This document shows positions 59,992 to 64,000 of a DNA stretch of 64,000 nucleotides, piece after piece. The DNA comes from Cyanobacteria bacterium J06626_4 (lineage in GTDB: Bacteria > Cyanobacteriota > Cyanobacteriia > Phormidesmidales > Phormidesmidaceae). A program made the translations under genes and the position numbers. The stretch's first letter is position 1. Each line of letters opens with the position of its first letter. Below the pieces are notes generated by a model. The model was not told where the DNA came from, searched no databases, and saw nothing but the letters and a program-made list of their open reading frames with translations. The DNA is taken from positions 1-64,000 of the forward strand of contig JBCBJQ010000009.1 in the NCBI GenBank assembly GCA_038523235.1, in the 5' to 3' direction.

Positions 59992-60398
59992 GGCAAGCCG
60001 CTGACTCGCTCTTTGCCGCCAACCCGCATCCATCAACCACCTGTTGAGCAAGCCTCAGTTCAATGAACGGCTGCGTCGGTGGCTCGCAGCATCCCCTTCG
60101 AGCAGGGTCGAACCCGAAGACCGATAGCGGTCGAAATACAACCTTGAGAGGTAGATCAAACACCCCCTTCAGCCTTCTGAAATGTTTTGGCCTCACGGCA
60201 GTTTGCCATATCCCGATTTTCAGAAACCCGCCCCCCATCTGGCGCCTCGCCCCCTCAAGGCCCCGGCACTTAACACTCCGACCATGCCTTGGCCTAAGAA
60301 ATAGCGTCATCTTCCCCGGCCTGTCAATTGGCAGAAGGTGTCACATAAGCCCCGCAAATGTAGCAGCGATCGCTAGGATAGGATCGCAATTCGGAGTG

Positions 60399-62183
60399 AT
60401 GGATACGCAAATGGTTGGTCGGTGTCGATATCTATCCAGGTTCGTAGGTGCAGCGTTGATGGTCAGCGTCACCATCATCAGTAGCTGTAGCCAACCGCCT
60501 CCAAGCGCTTCGGATGCAGCCGAGACCGACGCTGCATCCGTTACCCCCGCAACCCGCGATCGCACCACCCTAAGGCTACTCTACAGCCAGGTACCGCTCA
60601 CGCTGAACCCGCATCTGGCCACCGGCATTCAAGATTTTGAGGCGGGTCGCATTGTCTATGAGCCCTTAGCCACGACGAATGAACGAGGTGAACTCGTGCC
60701 CATCTTAGCGGCGGCGATTCCCACCGTTGAAGATGGCAACGTCGCCGTCGATGGCAAATCGGTCACCTGGCAGCTGCAGCCAGATGTGCAATGGGCCGAT
60801 GGTGAGCCTTTAACCGCTGAAGATGTGGTGTTTACCTTTGACTTTGTCAGCAATCCTCAGGTGGGGGCCGCCACCGCGCAATATTATGAAGCCGTCGAGT
60901 CAGTCGAAGCCATTGATGAGCTGACCGTCAAAATCACCTTCAAAGACGTGACAGCAGCCTGGCAGATTCCCTTTACGGGGCAGACGGGCGTCATTCTACC
61001 GCAGCATCTCTTGGCTGACGTCGATGACGCCGCAACGCGATCAGCCGAGGTCAACCAGCAGCCCATCGGCACTGGCCCTTACCAGGTTGCTGATCGTCAG
61101 CCAGGGGCGATCGTATTTGAGCCGAATCCCACCTATCGCCACAGCGCCCCGTTTTTTCAAACCGTAGAACTCGTCGGCGGTCTAGCGCCCTATGCCGCAG
61201 CTCGTGAAGTGTTGAGTACGGGGGAGGCCGATTTTGCCCACAATTTGCAAGTCGAAGTGGCCTTGCTCAAAGACCTGCAACAAGACGGCCAAGGGGTAGT
61301 CGATACGGTCTTTGGGGGGCTGGTCGAGCGAGTCATGCTCAACCCTACCAATCCACTCGCCGAAACGCCTTCTGGCGAGCGCTCCAGCCTCGCCGCTGAA
61401 CATCCTTTTTTAAACGATCAGCGGGTGCGGCAGGCGATCGCATATGCCATCGATCGCGACTCGATTACCGAAGAGCTGTATGGCTTTACCGGCCGCCCCA
61501 CCGCTCAGCTACTGGTTGCCCCTCGGCCCTACGCCAACCCAGGCACCGTGCCCTACGAATACAACCTGGAAAAGGCTGAAGCCCTACTTGACGAAGCGGG
61601 GTGGCAAGATACCGATGGCGATGGCATTCGCGATCGCGACGGCGTCGATATGACCGTGGTGTTTCAGACATCGGTCAACCCCGTCCGCCAAAAAACCCAA
61701 ACCCGCATCGAAGAAAACCTACAGACCCTCGGCATTGACGTGGACATTAAGCGGGTGCGCGTAGACGACTTTTTCTCCGGTGACCCTGAACAGACCAACA
61801 GCATCAATCACTTTTATGCGGATCTGCAGGCCTACACCACCGGCAACGATCATCCCGACCCCACAATCTATCTCAGCTGGTGGACCTGCAGCCAAATCGC
61901 CACCCAAGCGAACCAGTGGCAAGAACCCAACAATGCCCGCTACTGCAACACCGACTATGACGAACTCTGGGAGGCTGCCCAGCAAGAGTTGAATCTCGAA
62001 AGACGGGCCGCGCTGTTTCAGGAAATGGATGCGTTGCTGGCGGCAGAAGTGGCGGTGATTCCCATCGTGCACCGCGCCACCACCAACGGCGTCAGCAAAG
62101 ATCTGGTGGGTTTAGCACCCACGCCTTGGGATGCCAGCACCTGGGATATTGCCCAGTGGCAGCGCACAGCGGCGGCTGAATAA
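60399..62183 (+). CDS. Peptide/nickel ABC transporter substrate-binding lipoprotein (family 5)
   Basis: Lipobox-like ISSC, LNPHLATG, WADGEPLTAEDV, PIGTGPY, VRQAIAYAIDR; start set to ATG 60399. Confidence 0.92.
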   Translation: MDTQMVGRCRYLSRFVGAALMVSVTIISSCSQPPPSASDAAETDAASVTPATRDRTTLRLLYSQVPLTLNPHLATGIQDFEAGRIVYEPLATTNERGELVPILAAAIPTVEDGNVAVDGKSVTWQLQPDVQWADGEPLTAEDVVFTFDFVSNPQVGAATAQYYEAVESVEAIDELTVKITFKDVTAAWQIPFTGQTGVILPQHLLADVDDAATRSAEVNQQPIGTGPYQVADRQPGAIVFEPNPTYRHSAPFFQTVELVGGLAPYAAAREVLSTGEADFAHNLQVEVALLKDLQQDGQGVVDTVFGGLVERVMLNPTNPLAETPSGERSSLAAEHPFLNDQRVRQAIAYAIDRDSITEELYGFTGRPTAQLLVAPRPYANPGTVPYEYNLEKAEALLDEAGWQDTDGDGIRDRDGVDMTVVFQTSVNPVRQKTQTRIEENLQTLGIDVDIKRVRVDDFFSGDPEQTNSINHFYADLQAYTTGNDHPDPTIYLSWWTCSQIATQANQWQEPNNARYCNTDYDELWEAAQQELNLERRAALFQEMDALLAAEVAVIPIVHRATTNGVSKDLVGLAPTPWDASTWDIAQWQRTAAAE

Positions 62184-62220
62184 GAGCCGCCAACCCCCAA
62201 TCTGACTTTAAAATCGGTGC

Positions 62221-62330
62221 AGAACTTACGCAGTTGTATCCGGTTTTGGCTCCCTAGGCCCCAATTCTGGGGAAACCGGCTGCAACGTCTCTCAGAATTG
62301 GGGGATGCAAGGAGACCATGCATCAGTCCT
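62221..62330. mobile_element. Degenerate MITE/REP-like element
   Basis: Ends AGAACTTACGCA / TGCATCAGTCCT (9/12 inverted) enclose a perfect 11-bp inverted pair CCCCAATTCTG / CAGAATTGGGG. Confidence 0.5.
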
Positions 62331-62629
62331 ACTGGCTTAATCCGCTTGAGTCGCCCTCGCATCGACAGCGTTAAGGGTCGGCGTAATTAACCACAGACTT
62401 TTTGACCACCCGCAGGCATCACCACAACAGTCGTGATCGCAACATCCCACATTCACACAAACGAGGCTTTTTCATAAATTTTGGCGGAAGTCAGGCATCT
62501 GTTCTGAAGTCAGGGTTGATTTGGGAAAGATGAAAAAGGAATAGTGAGGGATGTTACCCCAGAGGAAGCGATCGCTCCCCCACTGTTTAGCCACATTGCT
62601 GGCATCTTCACCCTTCGACTAGAGCGCTC

Positions 62630-63535
62630 ATGTTTTCGATTTACATTCTCACCTACAACGAAGAACTCGACATCGCGGCCTGCATTGAGTCCGCCATGCT
62701 GTCTGATGACGTGATTGTGGTCGATTCTTGCAGCCGCGATCGCACCGTCGAAATCGCCTCACAATATCCCGTGCGCGTTGTTGAACATCCTTTCGAAAGC
62801 CATGGCAAGCAGCGCACCTGGATGTTGGAAAACATTCCCGCCAAGCATGAGTGGGCCTACATCTTAGAAGCCGACGAACGTATGACGCCAGAACTTTTTC
62901 AAGAGTGCTGCGACGCGATGCAACGGGGCGAGCACGTTGGTTACTACGCCGCCGAGCGCGTCATGTTTATGGATCGGTGGATTAAGCACAGCACCCAATT
63001 TCCGCGCTATCAGTTGCGACTGCTGCAACTCGGCAAAGTTTGGTTTACTGACTACGGCCACACCGAACGCGAAGTGTGCGACGGCTCAACGGGCCTGTTG
63101 CAGGCCACCTATCCCCACTACACCTGCGGCAAAGGCATGAGCCGGTGGATTGATAAACACAATCGCTACTCTACTGACGAGGCGAAAGAGACGCTCCGGC
63201 AGCTGCAAACAGGCAGCGTTAATTGGCAGCAGCTCTTTTTTGGCAAAACGGAAATTGAGCGACGACACGCGCTGAAAGATTTATCCCTGCGACTGCCGCT
63301 ACGGCCTCTCATCCGGTGGGTGTATATGTATTTCATCCTCGGTGGCTGGCGCGATGGTGAAGCCGGTTTTGCTTGGTGTACCCTGCAAGGCTTTTACGAG
63401 TATCTGATCGTGCTCAAAGTCAAAGAACTCAAACGACAAGCGGCACAGCCGGCGGTCTCGCCCTTGCCCACGATGACTTCTCCCACCAAGCCAGCATCCA
63501 CGCCCGTTAATAGCACCCTAGCCGAGCATCGCTAA
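62630..63535 (+). CDS. Glycosyltransferase family 2
   Basis: SIYILTYNEE, VVDSCSRDRT, EADE acidic motif, KHNRYS. Confidence 0.92.
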   Translation: MFSIYILTYNEELDIAACIESAMLSDDVIVVDSCSRDRTVEIASQYPVRVVEHPFESHGKQRTWMLENIPAKHEWAYILEADERMTPELFQECCDAMQRGEHVGYYAAERVMFMDRWIKHSTQFPRYQLRLLQLGKVWFTDYGHTEREVCDGSTGLLQATYPHYTCGKGMSRWIDKHNRYSTDEAKETLRQLQTGSVNWQQLFFGKTEIERRHALKDLSLRLPLRPLIRWVYMYFILGGWRDGEAGFAWCTLQGFYEYLIVLKVKELKRQAAQPAVSPLPTMTSPTKPASTPVNSTLAEHR

Positions 63536-63602
63536 CCCTTTCTTATCGAAGACCATCAGCGTTACACTCAAGGGCGACCTGCATTGAGAACATAAAGCGC
63601 CC

Positions 63603-64000
63603 ATGGCGGTTGACTATGATTTGGTCATTTTGGGAGGCACTCCTGAGGGTCTCGACGCAGCGGCTCAGGCGGCTCGCTTAGGGGCCAGAGTAGCTCTGAT
63701 TCGCCAAGGACTCGATGGTCGGCGATCGCCCCTACTGATGCAGGGGCTGCTACAAACCAACCCTAATGACCCTCTCTCCCCGCCTACCGATAGTCCACTC
63801 TCTCCCTGGCAATGGGCAGTTCAACGCGCCATCTTGATTGCCGATACGCTCACCCAAGATGACTGGCAGCAGCTGATGGTGCAAGGTGTTGACGTCATTG
63901 CCGCTAGCGGTCAGATTATCGGCGATCGCCCCCTTAACCTGACGACTCCGGCCCGCCAACTCACCACACGCGCCCTACTGCTAGCCACCGGCCATACGCC
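63603..64000 (+). CDS. FAD-dependent pyridine nucleotide-disulfide oxidoreductase-like protein (partial, runs off the window)
   Basis: Translated by hand: MAVDYDLVILGGTPEGLDAAAQAARLGARVALI...GVDVI...LLLATG; open to the window end. Confidence 0.8.
   Translation, partial: MAVDYDLVILGGTPEGLDAAAQAARLGARVALIRQGLDGRRSPLLMQGLLQTNPNDPLSPPTDSPLSPWQWAVQRAILIADTLTQDDWQQLMVQGVDVIAASGQIIGDRPLNLTTPARQLTTRALLLATGHT

Larger units (their letters stand above)
1..64000. repeat. HIP1 octamer (GCGATCGC) dispersed throughout the window
   Basis: Occurs very many times in coding and non-coding sequence, e.g. near 395, 897, 960, 4321 and twice overlapping at 48473 or 63721 regions; a cyanobacterial hallmark. Confidence 0.95.

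Noticed and set aside
60063..60398. 112-aa N-terminal extension of the ABC substrate-binding protein and the opposite 168-aa ORF (59804-60310)
   Set aside because: Not protein-like; the signal peptide and lipobox fit a start at 60399 or slightly later
1..64000. CRISPR array, rRNA, tRNA, integrase, transposase or phage genes
   Set aside because: I found no regularly spaced repeat-spacer units, no recognisable structural RNA genes and no ORF with the relevant motifs

Overview
A 64-kb chromosomal segment of a moderately GC-rich cyanobacterium, probably a filamentous Leptolyngbya/Nodosilinea-type organism (inferred from chlB, an HLIP, ftrV, cyAbrB, GUN4 domains, PEP-CTERM proteins and very dense HIP1 GCGATCGC octamers). 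Most of it is housekeeping: chlB, mutS, holB, tmk, pdhC, cobH/cbiET, holA, scpA, codA, ggt, menF, comF, a K+ channel, an EF-G paralogue, an amylase and an ABC substrate-binding protein. I saw no rRNA, tRNA, CRISPR array, prophage or intact transposase. Best leads: (1) an ECF sigma/anti-sigma pair heading a MacAB-TolC-type exporter operon, divergent from a PEP-CTERM surface protein, with two back-to-back CAATCC-N16-CGTA promoter motifs between them; (2) a stand-alone TIR protein with a C-terminal death-like/effector-associated helical domain; (3) a tandem GUN4-domain pair whose larger member appears to carry a fused EACC1-like N-terminus; (4) a candidate ~220-nt structured ncRNA upstream of tmk; (5) a HipA-like kinase with no visible antitoxin. 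Smaller items are a structured chlB leader, heptamer repeats inserted in frame into mutS, MITE-like elements, an HLIP missed by the ORF track and a Uma2 relic. All family assignments come from motif recognition by eye, not database searches.
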